Positions 27,058 to 37,413 of a stretch of 64,000 nt of DNA are shown here, piece by piece. The position numbers and the translations under genes are program-made. The stretch's first letter is position 1. Each line of letters starts with the position of its first letter. The DNA comes from Alphaproteobacteria bacterium RIFCSPLOWO2_01_FULL_40_26. GTDB lineage: Bacteria > Pseudomonadota > Alphaproteobacteria > Rickettsiales > UBA1997. The notes under the pieces are model-generated. The model was given only the letters and a program-made list of their open reading frames with translations. It did not search any database and had not been told where the DNA came from. Location: NCBI GenBank assembly GCA_001767955.1, contig MEMO01000017.1, positions 22,090-86,089 of the forward strand, read 5' to 3'.

Positions 27058-28011
27058 TTAGCTCCTGTGGTTTATTTCTTTTTCAATAATTGGCACCGCG
27101 TTGTGAGCCGATACCTGCCTGTATATCTTGCCAATATACTCACCCAAAATACCGATTAAAAAAGCGTTAATAGCTATCGATGCCAATACCAGAACTAGTA
27201 TGGCCGTAACCCCTCTAGGCAACTCAGGATTCATAAACAATTTATCAATAATAAACCATCCGGCAGCAGCCATTGAAAATACTCCAACAGCGGCACCAAT
27301 TATCGAAGCTATTCTAAGTGGAAAAATGGAGGTGTTGATTATGGCATCCATGGCTAATTTTATCATTTTAGACAAAGGAAATTTACTCACTCCAGCAACT
27401 CTTTGATCGCGAGAATATTCTATCCCTCTACGCGAATAACCGAAGCCAAAAATCACTCCACGCAGGTAAGGATCGCATAGCTTCACCTCTTTCAAATTCG
27501 CAATCACGTCCCTATCAATCAGCATAAAATCACCGGCGTCGTTAGGAATATCGTAATCACTTATACCGCGAACCAATCTGTAAAAAACCTTTCTAAGTCC
27601 ATTGATAAAAGCACTTTCTTTCCGGTCCTTCCTGATTCCGTAAACAATTTTAAATCCCTTTTTTCTGTAACTTAACATCTCTGCCAACATCTCAGGTGGA
27701 TCTTGCAAATCGGCGTCAAATTCTATCGCAGCAGCACCATTGGATTTTGCGTATCCCATCCAAATTGATTTCTGATAACCAAAATTCTTAGAAAAACTAT
27801 AAACCATTATTCTGCGATCTTTTGCGGCGAGCTTCTCTAGCTCAAAAAAGGTATTATCCGTACTGCAATTATCGGTAAAAATTATTTCAAAATCATAAGC
27901 GTCAGACAAACCATCGAGAACATTTGACATCCTCTTATAGTATTCAGCGACTATATCCTCTTCGTTATAAACCGGAGTAACAATCGAGATAAGTTCTTTA
28001 GAATTTGTCAT
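27058..28011 (-). CDS. GT2 polyprenyl-phosphate glycosyltransferase (GtrB/ArnC/CsbB-like)
   Basis: 317 aa with SIVTPVYNEE and FDADLQDPPE. Two C-terminal TM helices are characteristic of GtrB/ArnC-type enzymes. Confidence 0.8.
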   Translation of the reverse strand: MTNSKELISIVTPVYNEEDIVAEYYKRMSNVLDGLSDAYDFEIIFTDNCSTDNTFFELEKLAAKDRRIMVYSFSKNFGYQKSIWMGYAKSNGAAAIEFDADLQDPPEMLAEMLSYRKKGFKIVYGIRKDRKESAFINGLRKVFYRLVRGISDYDIPNDAGDFMLIDRDVIANLKEVKLCDPYLRGVIFGFGYSRRGIEYSRDQRVAGVSKFPLSKMIKLAMDAIINTSIFPLRIASIIGAAVGVFSMAAAGWFIIDKLFMNPELPRGVTAILVLVLASIAINAFLIGILGEYIGKIYRQVSAHNAVPIIEKEINHRS

Positions 28012-28922
28012 AATGAGTTGTTTTTTATAATTATTTTTATTCCGTCTCTTAAAGAAGTTTTTGATGTCCAGCCCGGCAATATTTTTTCAGAATATGGTCG
28101 CATGATTTGAAGAGGATAATAAGGCTTCCCCCCCCAGTTAGCACTAAAGGATTTTTTCGATATTTCGAAAATCATGGCGACGATCTGCCTTAAAGAATAT
28201 TTCTCCTTACCTCGCAAAGCGTAGACCTTGTGATATCCATCCAAATCAGACTCTCTATTAGAAACAAGTTGTGCTGCTGTCAGATAACCATCCACAACAT
28301 CATCTATGAAAACCATGTAGAACAGCTGCCTTCCTTCAGTTAAATCATATTTCGCACCATTTTCTGCACTAAAAAGTGAATTGATAAATTTCTTTCTGTG
28401 ATCGCCGTAACCGTAAACATCATAAAGCTTGAGAGTGATAGCCTTAATTCCAGAAGAGATCGCGTAATATTCGATTATGTTTTCAAAAGATTTTTTAGTT
28501 GCGGCATAAAGAGCGATTGGCTCATATTTTTTCTTGCCACCGTAATGCTGCCAATAAGTGCTAGTACTAACGATATTTTTACATCCATGATTTTTCATTG
28601 CCTCTAAAATAAATGCTCCAAGCTTTATGTTTGAGTCAATCATGCGAGAGATTGCCGAGCTTTCATGCTCATAATTTCCAAAAGCAGCAAGATGAAATAC
28701 TAAATCGAAATTTGAACTACCAAACGCCACATCAATGGAATCATAATCTTCATCAAAATAGAAAAATTTTATTCTATTCAACACATCTCCAACTATACTT
28801 AAATTAGAATCTCTGCGCACTAAAATTGATACGTTATGTCCTAGCGCAACTAAACGCCTCAATAAGAACTTCCCAATAAATCCAGTAGCTCCAGTTACTA
28901 AAATATTTTTCTTCTTAGTCAT
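28008..28922 (-). CDS. NAD-dependent epimerase/dehydratase family protein
   Basis: 304 aa with [14 protein letters not shown] and YAATKKSFE (YxxxK). Confidence 0.78.
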   Translation of the reverse strand: MTKKKNILVTGATGFIGKFLLRRLVALGHNVSILVRRDSNLSIVGDVLNRIKFFYFDEDYDSIDVAFGSSNFDLVFHLAAFGNYEHESSAISRMIDSNIKLGAFILEAMKNHGCKNIVSTSTYWQHYGGKKKYEPIALYAATKKSFENIIEYYAISSGIKAITLKLYDVYGYGDHRKKFINSLFSAENGAKYDLTEGRQLFYMVFIDDVVDGYLTAAQLVSNRESDLDGYHKVYALRGKEKYSLRQIVAMIFEISKKSFSANWGGKPYYPLQIMRPYSEKILPGWTSKTSLRDGIKIIIKNNSL

Positions 28923-30100
28923 TTTTCAAAATTTAAATTCTTAACCGACAAGCTATCTACCATAATTTTAGAAGCAATTCCCGCACTCTTCGCCGCCTGC
29001 ATATCGCTTTCTTTATCCCCAATTATCAGAGATTTTTTTGGATCAATATTAAATTCTGCAATCGCCTTTAAAAGCATGCCGGGATTAGGTTTGCGATCGA
29101 AAGAATCCTGGCGGTATTTTTTAATTTTTGCTTCGATGTGATAGGGACAGTAAAAAGTTTTAGTAATTTTTATGCCGTGTTTTTGGAATTCATTTTCCAT
29201 CCATTTAGTTAGTTCAAGAAATTGTTCTTCCGTATAAAAACCCTTAGCAATTCCAGCCTGATTTGTGACCACAATAAGCAAATAGCCAAGCTCCTGTGCA
29301 CGTTTACAAAAATCAAAAATTCCGTCGACAAAATGAAATTTTTCTTTCTCAAAAACATGTCCATGATTGATGTTGATTACACCATCACGATCGAGGAAAA
29401 GTGCTTTGTTTTTTGTTAAGCTTGGCAGCTCTTTTTTTGCTTTTGTGTAATCTTCCGGAACGCCGATATCGATGAAATATCCATCTGCAATAAATGCTTG
29501 TGGCTCAACTTCTAACAAGTGTTTGGCAAGAAAATCAGACTCAAAAGAAAATTGTTCTTGGAGTGAGAATTTCTGAAAAATTTTTGGATTTAAAAGATAA
29601 ATTCCAGCATTGATAAATCCTGGATTTTTTTCTGACGACTTTTCTTCAAAATTTTTAATCAAAGAATTTTCATCAAAAATCACGCGACCGTAACGGCTGC
29701 AATCATCCATTTTACGCAAAACCATTACGAGATTGCCACAGCGAGAAAATAATTTGGAGTAATCGACTTTTAAAAAACTGTCGCCGTTAAGCACTAAAAC
29801 AGGTTTGTTTTGATCGATAAATTTTAATGAATTTACAATTGCTCCACCTGTGCCCAAAGGCTTGTCTTCTCTGGCGTAAACAACTTCCATGCCGAGATAT
29901 GAATCACCAAAATATCCGATGATTTTTTCCTGCAAATATCCGACGGAAATCACCACTTTTTTCACGCCGTGATTACGCAAATTTTGCAAAAGATAGGCTA
30001 AAAAAGGTCTTCCAGAAATATCTGCTAAAGATTTCGGAACGTCTTTTACAACCGCTTGCAGTCTGGTTCCGAAACCACCTGCTAAAATTATTGCCTGCAT
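28919..30100 (-). CDS. bifunctional sugar-1-phosphate nucleotidyltransferase (HddC-like) / D,D-heptose 1,7-bisphosphate phosphatase (GmhB-like HAD)
   Basis: Start is at the internal Met ([14 protein letters not shown]). The C-terminal half has the HAD motifs [17 protein letters not shown] and GDKESD. Confidence 0.8.
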   Translation of the reverse strand: MQAIILAGGFGTRLQAVVKDVPKSLADISGRPFLAYLLQNLRNHGVKKVVISVGYLQEKIIGYFGDSYLGMEVVYAREDKPLGTGGAIVNSLKFIDQNKPVLVLNGDSFLKVDYSKLFSRCGNLVMVLRKMDDCSRYGRVIFDENSLIKNFEEKSSEKNPGFINAGIYLLNPKIFQKFSLQEQFSFESDFLAKHLLEVEPQAFIADGYFIDIGVPEDYTKAKKELPSLTKNKALFLDRDGVININHGHVFEKEKFHFVDGIFDFCKRAQELGYLLIVVTNQAGIAKGFYTEEQFLELTKWMENEFQKHGIKITKTFYCPYHIEAKIKKYRQDSFDRKPNPGMLLKAIAEFNIDPKKSLIIGDKESDMQAAKSAGIASKIMVDSLSVKNLNFEK

Positions 30101-30675
30101 TTGCCAAAAAAATGATCTTCGATCAAAGCACAAATTATATGGCCGCAGGCGATATGACCTTCCTGAATTTTTGGCGTTTCGTCGGATGGAATATTGATTT
30201 GGTAATCAGAAATTTCGCCGATATCTCGTCCTTCTCTGCCTAAAAATCCAACGGTGATAATTTTTTTTGCCTTCGCTGATTTCATGGCTTCAACGACGTT
30301 TTTGCTGCGGCCGGAAGTTGAAATTCCAATTAAAATATCGCCATCATTTCCAATTGCCTGAACTTGGCGCGAGAAAGAATAAACATAGCCGTAATCATTG
30401 CCAATCGCGGTTAAAGCTGATGTGTCAACTGTGAGTGCGATGGCATTTAACGCCGGACGATCATAGGAAAGTTTGCTTACCAACTCTGCTGCCAAATGTT
30501 GTGAATCAGCCGCTGAACCACCATTGCCACAAAACATGATTTTATTGCCACGCTGCAAAGATTGCACACAAACATTGGCGATAATTTCGATATTTTTTTG
30601 TAGATTTTCGTCAGTCAAAATTCTTTCGAATAAATCACGAGTTTTGGTGAGTTCTGAAACGATGTAATTTTTCAT
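30088..30675 (-). CDS. gmhA: phosphoheptose isomerase (SIS domain)
   Basis: [16 protein letters not shown] and ISTSGRS motifs. The start at 30675 gives an ATGA overlap with the kinase gene; 30690 is an alternative start. Confidence 0.88.
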   Translation of the reverse strand: MKNYIVSELTKTRDLFERILTDENLQKNIEIIANVCVQSLQRGNKIMFCGNGGSAADSQHLAAELVSKLSYDRPALNAIALTVDTSALTAIGNDYGYVYSFSRQVQAIGNDGDILIGISTSGRSKNVVEAMKSAKAKKIITVGFLGREGRDIGEISDYQINIPSDETPKIQEGHIACGHIICALIEDHFFGKCRQ

Positions 30676-31721
30676 TTGTTTATTCTCCAACTTTGCGAGC
30701 CTTCATCAACAAAATGACAGGGCATGGTTCTGCCATTTTTCTCTTGTTCAAAAAGGCGCAGAATTTTCATTCTTTTTGATGGTGGAACGAGAAACATAAA
30801 AAACCCGCCACCACCAGCACCGGAAACTTTTCCAGCCATTGCTCCTGCATTCATCGCCACATCATAAATACGGTCAATATTGCTGTTGGAAATTTTTGTT
30901 GATGAGGCTTTTTTGGCTTCCCAGCCACGTCGCATTGATTCCGCCATTTCCATAATATTACCCTTGAGCAAAGCCTCTTTCATGTCATAAGCTTCCTGTT
31001 TGATCTTCGTCATCATTTCCAAAGTGTTGCCAGTTTTTTCTTCGATATTTTTGCTTTGCTCCTCGATGATATTGTGCGACTCGCGTGACACACCGGTGTA
31101 GAATAAAATCAGCGATTGCTCCAACTCAGACATGATCCATCTACGCACTTTAAGCGGGTTGATTATGGTTTTATCATCACCATAAAATTCCATAAAATTT
31201 ACGCCGCCAAAAGTTGCGGCATATTGATCTTGCTTGCCGCCTTTCATTTTCAATTCTCTACGTTCGATATCGTAAGCGAGTTGCGCAATATCATAATCAC
31301 CGAATGGAATTGATAGCCATTCAACATAGGCTTTAACAATAGAAACCGTAAGAGTTGAAGAAGAGCCGAGGCCAGAACCTGGTGGTGAATCGCAATAGGT
31401 TGTCATCTTGAAAGCGCCGAGCGGTTTGCTGTGGTTAAAATCTTTGACGATGCGGTTATAGATTGCCTTGTGCAATTTGAGATTGCCTTCCGGTTCAATG
31501 AAATTGGTAATTTCAGTTTCAAATTCTTCGTTGATGTCAGAAGCAACAAAACAAATTTTTCCATCATTCTTCGGCTTGATGGTGCAGCAGGCATAAAGAT
31601 CAATCGTAGCATTCAAAACACAGCCACCATGCTGCAAATAAAACGCTTCCATATCAGTTCCACCACCGGCAAGGCCGAGGCGAAGCGGGGAGCGAGAACG
31701 AATTAGAAAAAGTTCAGACAT
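30672..31721 (-). CDS. GHMP-family sugar kinase (D-glycero-alpha-D-manno-heptose 7-phosphate kinase, HddA-like)
   Basis: 349 aa with PLRLGLAGGGTD and PPGSGLGSSS GHMP motifs. Confidence 0.8.
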   Translation of the reverse strand: MSELFLIRSRSPLRLGLAGGGTDMEAFYLQHGGCVLNATIDLYACCTIKPKNDGKICFVASDINEEFETEITNFIEPEGNLKLHKAIYNRIVKDFNHSKPLGAFKMTTYCDSPPGSGLGSSSTLTVSIVKAYVEWLSIPFGDYDIAQLAYDIERRELKMKGGKQDQYAATFGGVNFMEFYGDDKTIINPLKVRRWIMSELEQSLILFYTGVSRESHNIIEEQSKNIEEKTGNTLEMMTKIKQEAYDMKEALLKGNIMEMAESMRRGWEAKKASSTKISNSNIDRIYDVAMNAGAMAGKVSGAGGGGFFMFLVPPSKRMKILRLFEQEKNGRTMPCHFVDEGSQSWRINK

Positions 31722-31722
31722 T

Positions 31723-32742
31723 TTACCTGGTTAAAAATTTTTCGCCTTTGGCAACCCTCATACGCCAATAATCAAGGAGATCTTGCATGATCTTTTCGAA
31801 TTTGATTTCCGGTTTCCAGCCCGTGTGTTTTTCAAATTTTTTAGTGTTTGGAACTTGCAAATCGGCATCAATTGGGCGCAATCTTTCCGGATCGGTCTCG
31901 ATTTTGATTTTGCCTTTCATCACTGAAATTGAAATCAGGTAATCGAGCATTTCGCGAATGGTACAACTAAAAGTGCCGCCAATGTTGTAATATTCTCCGG
32001 CTTTTGGATTGACGGTGACCAGCATGTAATAAGCACGCACAGCATCACGCACATCGGCAAAAGTACGCAATGAATCGAGATTGCCAACCTTCACCACCGC
32101 TGGAATCAAACCCGCTTCGATCATGGCAATTTGTTTGGCGAAAGTGCTTTCAGCAAAAACATCGCCACGGCGTGGGCCGGTGTGGGTGAACATACGCGTG
32201 GTCATCACTGTCATGCCATAGGCTTCAGCGTAATAACGACCAACCAGATCAGTTCCGACTTTTGAAATGGCATAAGGCGAAGCGGGATGAAATGTGCATT
32301 CTTCATCAATCGGGAGTTTTTCTTTCGGCACGCGGCCAAACACTTCGCTTGATGCACAAACATGAATCACCGGTTTTAATTCCGGCATTTTACGCACCGC
32401 TTCCAAAACGCGCGCTGTGCCTTGAATATTGGTTTCAAACGTATCAAGCGGAGATTCAAAACTGGTTTGCGGATAGCTCTGCGCTGCGAGGTGGAAAATG
32501 TAATCCGGCCTGGATTTTTTCATCACATCATGAATCGAAATATAATCACGCAAATCGCCGTAGAGCAGATGGATGCGATCTTTTGTGTTAATGCGTTCAA
32601 TGAGATGTGAAAGGTTGTCAAGCGGGCTGCGCCAACGACACATGCCATAGATTTCCCAGTCGGTATTTTCGAGTAAAAAATCAGTCAGATGAGAACCGAC
32701 CATGCCGGTAATACCTGTGATCAAAGCATGCTTCTCTGTCAT
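31723..32742 (-). CDS. GDP-sugar 4,6-dehydratase family protein (GDP-mannose / GDP-heptose 4,6-dehydratase-like)
   Basis: 339 aa with ALITGITGMVGSHL and SPYAISK (YxxxK). It matches a short Gmd/DmhA-type profile. Confidence 0.8.
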   Translation of the reverse strand: MTEKHALITGITGMVGSHLTDFLLENTDWEIYGMCRWRSPLDNLSHLIERINTKDRIHLLYGDLRDYISIHDVMKKSRPDYIFHLAAQSYPQTSFESPLDTFETNIQGTARVLEAVRKMPELKPVIHVCASSEVFGRVPKEKLPIDEECTFHPASPYAISKVGTDLVGRYYAEAYGMTVMTTRMFTHTGPRRGDVFAESTFAKQIAMIEAGLIPAVVKVGNLDSLRTFADVRDAVRAYYMLVTVNPKAGEYYNIGGTFSCTIREMLDYLISISVMKGKIKIETDPERLRPIDADLQVPNTKKFEKHTGWKPEIKFEKIMQDLLDYWRMRVAKGEKFLTR

Positions 32743-33518
32743 GAAGAAAGATTTTTAGAAATTTGTAAAAATTGATGGCGATTTTTTATAATTAATTTTT
32801 TTGCCCGCCATAAAATTCTGAATTTTTCACAGCAATTTTTGGAATATTTTATCTGCACCGCAACCGTTTCCAGCCTTTGCTTCAAGCCATTTGAAGCTGA
32901 AATATTTTCTCCGGTGTTAACATTAAAAACTGCAGTGATATTCACCGGATAAAAAAGATATTTCTTCTGTGAAGCCAGACTCATATTGAGTTCGTAATCC
33001 ATTGAATAACGATTTTTTTCGTTAAATTTAAATTCATCAAAGATTTTTCTGCGATAATAAAAAGACTCACCAGAGCCGATAGGACAGTGTTTGATAAGAT
33101 TTCTAACCGTCACCGGAATTGTAGCGCTGGCATCAAAAGAATTGTGCAAACCGATGCAATAATTATTGAAATACATCACATCGAATTGCGGGTTTTTTTT
33201 AGCATAATAGGCCATTTCTTCAAAAAAATTCTTATGCAAAAAATCATCAGCACCAAGAAAGCCAACCACATCTCCAGTCACATGCCTCAAAGCCAGATTG
33301 CGCGCATGAGAAATTCCTGAATCTTTTTCCTTAATCCAGAAAATAAGTTGCGGAAATTTTTTTTGATAATCGGCAATTATCGTATGGGTTTGATCGGTTG
33401 AAATGTCGTCGACAATCAATAGTTCCTTGTCTGAATAATTCTGCTCCAAAAAAGATTCGATGGCTTTAGGTAAAAATTTTTCTGCATTAAAGCTGGTGAT
33501 AATTAACGAAATTTTCAT
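32739..33518 (-). CDS. GT2 family glycosyltransferase
   Basis: 259 aa with ISLIITSFNAEKFLPKAIESFLEQNY..LLIVDDISTD. It is the first gene of the minus-strand glycan locus. Confidence 0.8.
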   Translation of the reverse strand: MKISLIITSFNAEKFLPKAIESFLEQNYSDKELLIVDDISTDQTHTIIADYQKKFPQLIFWIKEKDSGISHARNLALRHVTGDVVGFLGADDFLHKNFFEEMAYYAKKNPQFDVMYFNNYCIGLHNSFDASATIPVTVRNLIKHCPIGSGESFYYRRKIFDEFKFNEKNRYSMDYELNMSLASQKKYLFYPVNITAVFNVNTGENISASNGLKQRLETVAVQIKYSKNCCEKFRILWRAKKLIIKNRHQFLQISKNLSS

Positions 33519-33597
33519 GAAAATTTTTCTAGAAAGTTAAATGGCTGCTGCTTTGATTTTAGGCAATTTTTCATCTCATTTTTAAAAATCAAAATTT

Positions 33598-34482
33598 ATG
33601 ACAGACATAATCCCCTTCGATCAGCGCGATGGTTTTATTTGGTATAATGGTAATTTTGTGCCGTGGAAAGAGGCCAAGGTTCACGTGTTAAATCATGGTT
33701 TGCACTATGCTTCATGCGTGTTTGAAGGTGAAAGAATTTACAACGGAAAAATTTTCAAAGGCGAAGAGCATACCAAAAGACTTCATGCTTCAGCACAGCT
33801 GATGGATTTTACAATCCCCTACTCCCGCGATGATTTAAACAGAGCCAAAAATGAATTGGCAAAAAAACAGGGAATTGTTGATGGATATATGCGCTGCTTT
33901 GCTTGGCGCGGTTCCGACAAAATGGCAGTTTCGGCACAACATAACAAAATTCACGTCGCTATCGCCTGCTGGCCATGGCCGCCATATTATTCAGAAGAAG
34001 CGCGTCGCGCCGGTTTGAAGCTGAAATTTGCGCGCTACAAACGCCCTTCACCTGAAACTGCACCAACTGCCGCAAAGGCCGCCGGACTTTATATGATCTG
34101 CACTATTTCCAAACATGAGGCCGAGCGCGATGGTTATAATGACGCTTTAATGCTTGATTATCGCGGTTTCTTGGCCGAAGCAACCGGAGCCAATTTATTT
34201 TTGGTGATGAAAAATGGTGAGCTGCACACACCACTCGCTGATTGCTTTCTCAACGGCATCACACGCTTAACCGTGATTGATCTTGCCAAAAAACGCGGCA
34301 TTAAAGTGGTTGAACGCCACATCAAGAAGGAAGAATTGGCCGATGCAATTGACGCCTTCTTAACCGGCAGCGCTGCTGAAATCACTCGCATCAGTTCGGT
34401 TGAAGACAAATACAACTATCCACAAGCAAGCCAGACAACGCTTGATCTCATGTATGATTACAATCAACTGGTTAGAAGCTGA
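33598..34482 (+). CDS. ilvE: branched-chain amino acid aminotransferase
   Basis: 294 aa, a class IV aminotransferase pattern (FEGERIY, EATGANLF, LTGSAAEI). Confidence 0.92.
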   Translation: MTDIIPFDQRDGFIWYNGNFVPWKEAKVHVLNHGLHYASCVFEGERIYNGKIFKGEEHTKRLHASAQLMDFTIPYSRDDLNRAKNELAKKQGIVDGYMRCFAWRGSDKMAVSAQHNKIHVAIACWPWPPYYSEEARRAGLKLKFARYKRPSPETAPTAAKAAGLYMICTISKHEAERDGYNDALMLDYRGFLAEATGANLFLVMKNGELHTPLADCFLNGITRLTVIDLAKKRGIKVVERHIKKEELADAIDAFLTGSAAEITRISSVEDKYNYPQASQTTLDLMYDYNQLVRS

Positions 34483-35042
34483 TGACAAAAAAAATTCTCA
34501 ATTTCGCCGTCACAATTTTTGTAGCAATTTTCATTGTTACGATCTTTTCAACAGTCAAATCGGCAAGCTCGCAAAGCCGGAATTTTCGCGTTAAATCGCA
34601 TTTACAATTTGATCAGAAATTTTCTGGCAACGCTTTTATTCTCGATGGCGACTCAATAAAAGTTGGCGGTAAGGAAGTCCGTCTTTTTGGACTCGACGCG
34701 CCAGAATATAACCAAAAATGCTTCAACGAAAAAAACAAAGAATATGCCTGCGGCCAGAAAAGCCGCGATTTCCTCATCAGTCTCGCCGGCGGAAAACAGG
34801 TTGAATGTTTTTATGCCATAAAAGACAAATATGATCGCTATCTTGGCAAATGCTATGTCGACAAACTTTCAATCAATGAAGAAATCATCAAAAACGGCAT
34901 GGCGGTAATTTACAATTTTACCGAATCAGACGAAAAAATGGAAAAGCTGGAAAAAGAAGCTCAAACAGCAAAAATCGGCATCTGGCAAGGCACATTTCAA
35001 TTACCAAAAGATTATCGCAAAGAAAATCCGAGACAAAATTAA
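34482..35042 (+). CDS. membrane-anchored thermonuclease (SNase-like) family protein
   Basis: 186 aa with an N-terminal TM helix. GDSIKVGGKEVRLFGLDAPE and DRYLGKCYV resemble staphylococcal-nuclease homologues. Confidence 0.8.
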   Translation: MTKKILNFAVTIFVAIFIVTIFSTVKSASSQSRNFRVKSHLQFDQKFSGNAFILDGDSIKVGGKEVRLFGLDAPEYNQKCFNEKNKEYACGQKSRDFLISLAGGKQVECFYAIKDKYDRYLGKCYVDKLSINEEIIKNGMAVIYNFTESDEKMEKLEKEAQTAKIGIWQGTFQLPKDYRKENPRQN

Positions 35043-35045
35043 AAA

Positions 35046-36083
35046 ATGAAAAAACTTCAAATCGCCATCATCGGCGCATCGGGATATACGGGAGCGGAGC
35101 TCGTCAGGATTCTGCTTAATCACAAAAAGGTGGAAATTGCAGCTTTGGTTGCAAACAGCAATGCCGGACAAAAGATCGAGCAACTTTATCCGCATTTGAT
35201 TCACTACAATCTGCCTGATTTGAAAACACCGGAAGAAATTGATTTTACAAAAATTGATCTCGCCTTTGGATGCTTGCCGCACACTACTTCACAAGAAGTT
35301 TTCAAAAAACTTCTAGCGCAAAATTCTCACTTAAAAGTGATTGATCTTTCCGCTGATTTCAGATTGGAAAACCCATCAGATTATGCCAAATGGTATGAAC
35401 ATGAGCATAGCGCACAAAGCCTACAACCACAAGCAATCTACGGCCTTTCCGAAATTCACAGAAATAAAATAAAAAAATCAAATTTAATCGCCTGCCCGGG
35501 ATGTTACCCAACTTCTGCTTTGCTGTCATTAATTCCGCTTTTGCAAAATAATTTGATCGAAAAACATGATATCATAATCGATTCCAAATCAGGCGTAACC
35601 GGCGCTGGCAGATCAGTGAAACAATCAAATTTATTTTGTGAAATTAACGAATCCGTAAAAGCATATTCGGTTGGAAAACACAGACATACTGCTGAAATCG
35701 AGCAGGAACTTGCAAAAGCTTGCGGTGAAAAAATCGAAGTGGATTTCACGCCACACTTACTGCCGATTAATCGCGGAATCATCTCAACAATTTATGCCAA
35801 AACAAAATTTTCTGCTTCTGACATCCAGAATTGTCTGGAAAAAAAATATGAGGATGAACCTTTTGTAAAAGTGATTTCTGGCGATCCGAACATCAAGGAT
35901 GTAGTTGGCACTAATTTCTGCATCATGAGCGTCAAAGCTGCGCGCACCAAGGGTAAAGTCATCATTGTTTCCGTTATTGATAATCTCTGCAAAGGTGCAT
36001 CTGGACAGGCAGTGCAGAATATGAATATTGTTTTTGGATTTGACGAAAGAGAAGGGTTGGAATTTGTTCCACTATTTCCATGA
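35046..36083 (+). CDS. argC: N-acetyl-gamma-glutamyl-phosphate reductase
   Basis: 345 aa with IIGASGYTGAEL and the catalytic-Cys motif PGCYPTS. Confidence 0.94.
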   Translation: MKKLQIAIIGASGYTGAELVRILLNHKKVEIAALVANSNAGQKIEQLYPHLIHYNLPDLKTPEEIDFTKIDLAFGCLPHTTSQEVFKKLLAQNSHLKVIDLSADFRLENPSDYAKWYEHEHSAQSLQPQAIYGLSEIHRNKIKKSNLIACPGCYPTSALLSLIPLLQNNLIEKHDIIIDSKSGVTGAGRSVKQSNLFCEINESVKAYSVGKHRHTAEIEQELAKACGEKIEVDFTPHLLPINRGIISTIYAKTKFSASDIQNCLEKKYEDEPFVKVISGDPNIKDVVGTNFCIMSVKAARTKGKVIIVSVIDNLCKGASGQAVQNMNIVFGFDEREGLEFVPLFP

Positions 36084-36086
36084 AAA

Positions 36087-37403
36087 ATGTCAACAATTTT
36101 TGCTTTAATCACTTCACCATTTCGTGCCGGAATTTCTGTGATCCGCATTTCCGGAGATGAAACATTGCAATGTCTAAAAAACCTTGGATTTAAAGGCGCG
36201 CTACAACATCAAAAAATTTCATTTCAAAAAATCTTTGATCCAAAAACTGCTGAAAAAATCGATGAAGTTTTGGTTTCATTTTTCAAAGCACCACAAAGTT
36301 TTACCGGCGAAGATGTTGCTGAAATCTCAATTCATGCCTCACCCTTTATCCTAAAAAAAATTCTCGAAATTTTATCGACGCAAAAAAACTGTCGCCTCGC
36401 CGAAGCGGGAGAATTTTCCAAACGCGCTTTTTTAAACGGAAAACTTGATCTCGTTCAAGCTGAAGCAATTCCAGACTTAATCGCGGCAGAAACTGAATTA
36501 CAACATCGCCAGGCCTTGATGCAGCTTGAAGGAAAGCTTGGTAAAATTTATGAAAACTGGCGTTTACGCCTGATTGAAATTTCAGCTTTTATTGCAGCAG
36601 CAATTGATTTTCCAGACGAAGATTTGCCAGAAAATATCATCACTTCAGTTGAAGAAAATGTTCAAAATTTGCGCAATGAAATTAAGAAACATCTAGATGA
36701 CAAAAAATCCGGACAAAAAATTAAAGATGGTTTAAGCCTTGCCATTATTGGCGCACCAAATGTTGGCAAATCTTCGCTGATAAATTTTCTTGCACAAAGT
36801 GAAGTGGCAATTGTTTCAGAAATTCCAGGAACAACGCGCGATGTGGTTGAGGTGCATCTGTCAATTGCCGGCATGCCGGTAAAAATTTCTGACACTGCGG
36901 GATTACGCGAAACTTCTGATCCAATCGAAAAAGAAGGAATCGCCCGCGCCTTACAAAAAGCCAGATTAGCCGATATAAAAATCTTCATGTTTGATGCCGT
37001 AAATCCGGTTTTGCGCGAGGATTTGATTGATGAAAATACGTTGCTGGTGGTCAATAAAATTGATCTTGGCGGAAGTAAATTATCAATGATCAATCATCAA
37101 TTATCAGCTATTGAGCTTTCTCTTACTGATAGGATTAATACCTCAACATTGCTTGAAAAACTCGAAGAAAAAGTTTTGGAACTCGCGCCAAAACAGAATT
37201 CGCCGCTGATTACACAGGAGCGTTATCGCACTGCTTTACAAAATTCTGTGGAAAATTTGGAACATTTTTCACTTACAAAAAACATCGAACTTGCCGCCGA
37301 AGATTTGCGGTTGGCCACAAATGAAATTGGAAAAATCATCGGCAAGGTTGATATTGAAAATATTTTGGACATTGTCTTTTCACGCTTTTGTATAGGAAAA
37401 TAA
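36087..37403 (+). CDS. mnmE: tRNA modification GTPase MnmE
   Basis: 438 aa with the G1 motif GAPNVGKSS, DTAGLR and the C-terminal CIGK. Confidence 0.95.
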   Translation: MSTIFALITSPFRAGISVIRISGDETLQCLKNLGFKGALQHQKISFQKIFDPKTAEKIDEVLVSFFKAPQSFTGEDVAEISIHASPFILKKILEILSTQKNCRLAEAGEFSKRAFLNGKLDLVQAEAIPDLIAAETELQHRQALMQLEGKLGKIYENWRLRLIEISAFIAAAIDFPDEDLPENIITSVEENVQNLRNEIKKHLDDKKSGQKIKDGLSLAIIGAPNVGKSSLINFLAQSEVAIVSEIPGTTRDVVEVHLSIAGMPVKISDTAGLRETSDPIEKEGIARALQKARLADIKIFMFDAVNPVLREDLIDENTLLVVNKIDLGGSKLSMINHQLSAIELSLTDRINTSTLLEKLEEKVLELAPKQNSPLITQERYRTALQNSVENLEHFSLTKNIELAAEDLRLATNEIGKIIGKVDIENILDIVFSRFCIGK

Positions 37404-37413
37404 AAATAATCAC

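Noticed and set aside
33519-33597. I looked for a partial tRNA-Pro 3'-end repeat (att site) at the far boundary of the glycan locus.
   Set aside because: No match to gggtcgggagttcaaatctctccgccccgacca is visible. The island hypothesis is therefore kept only as weak inference.
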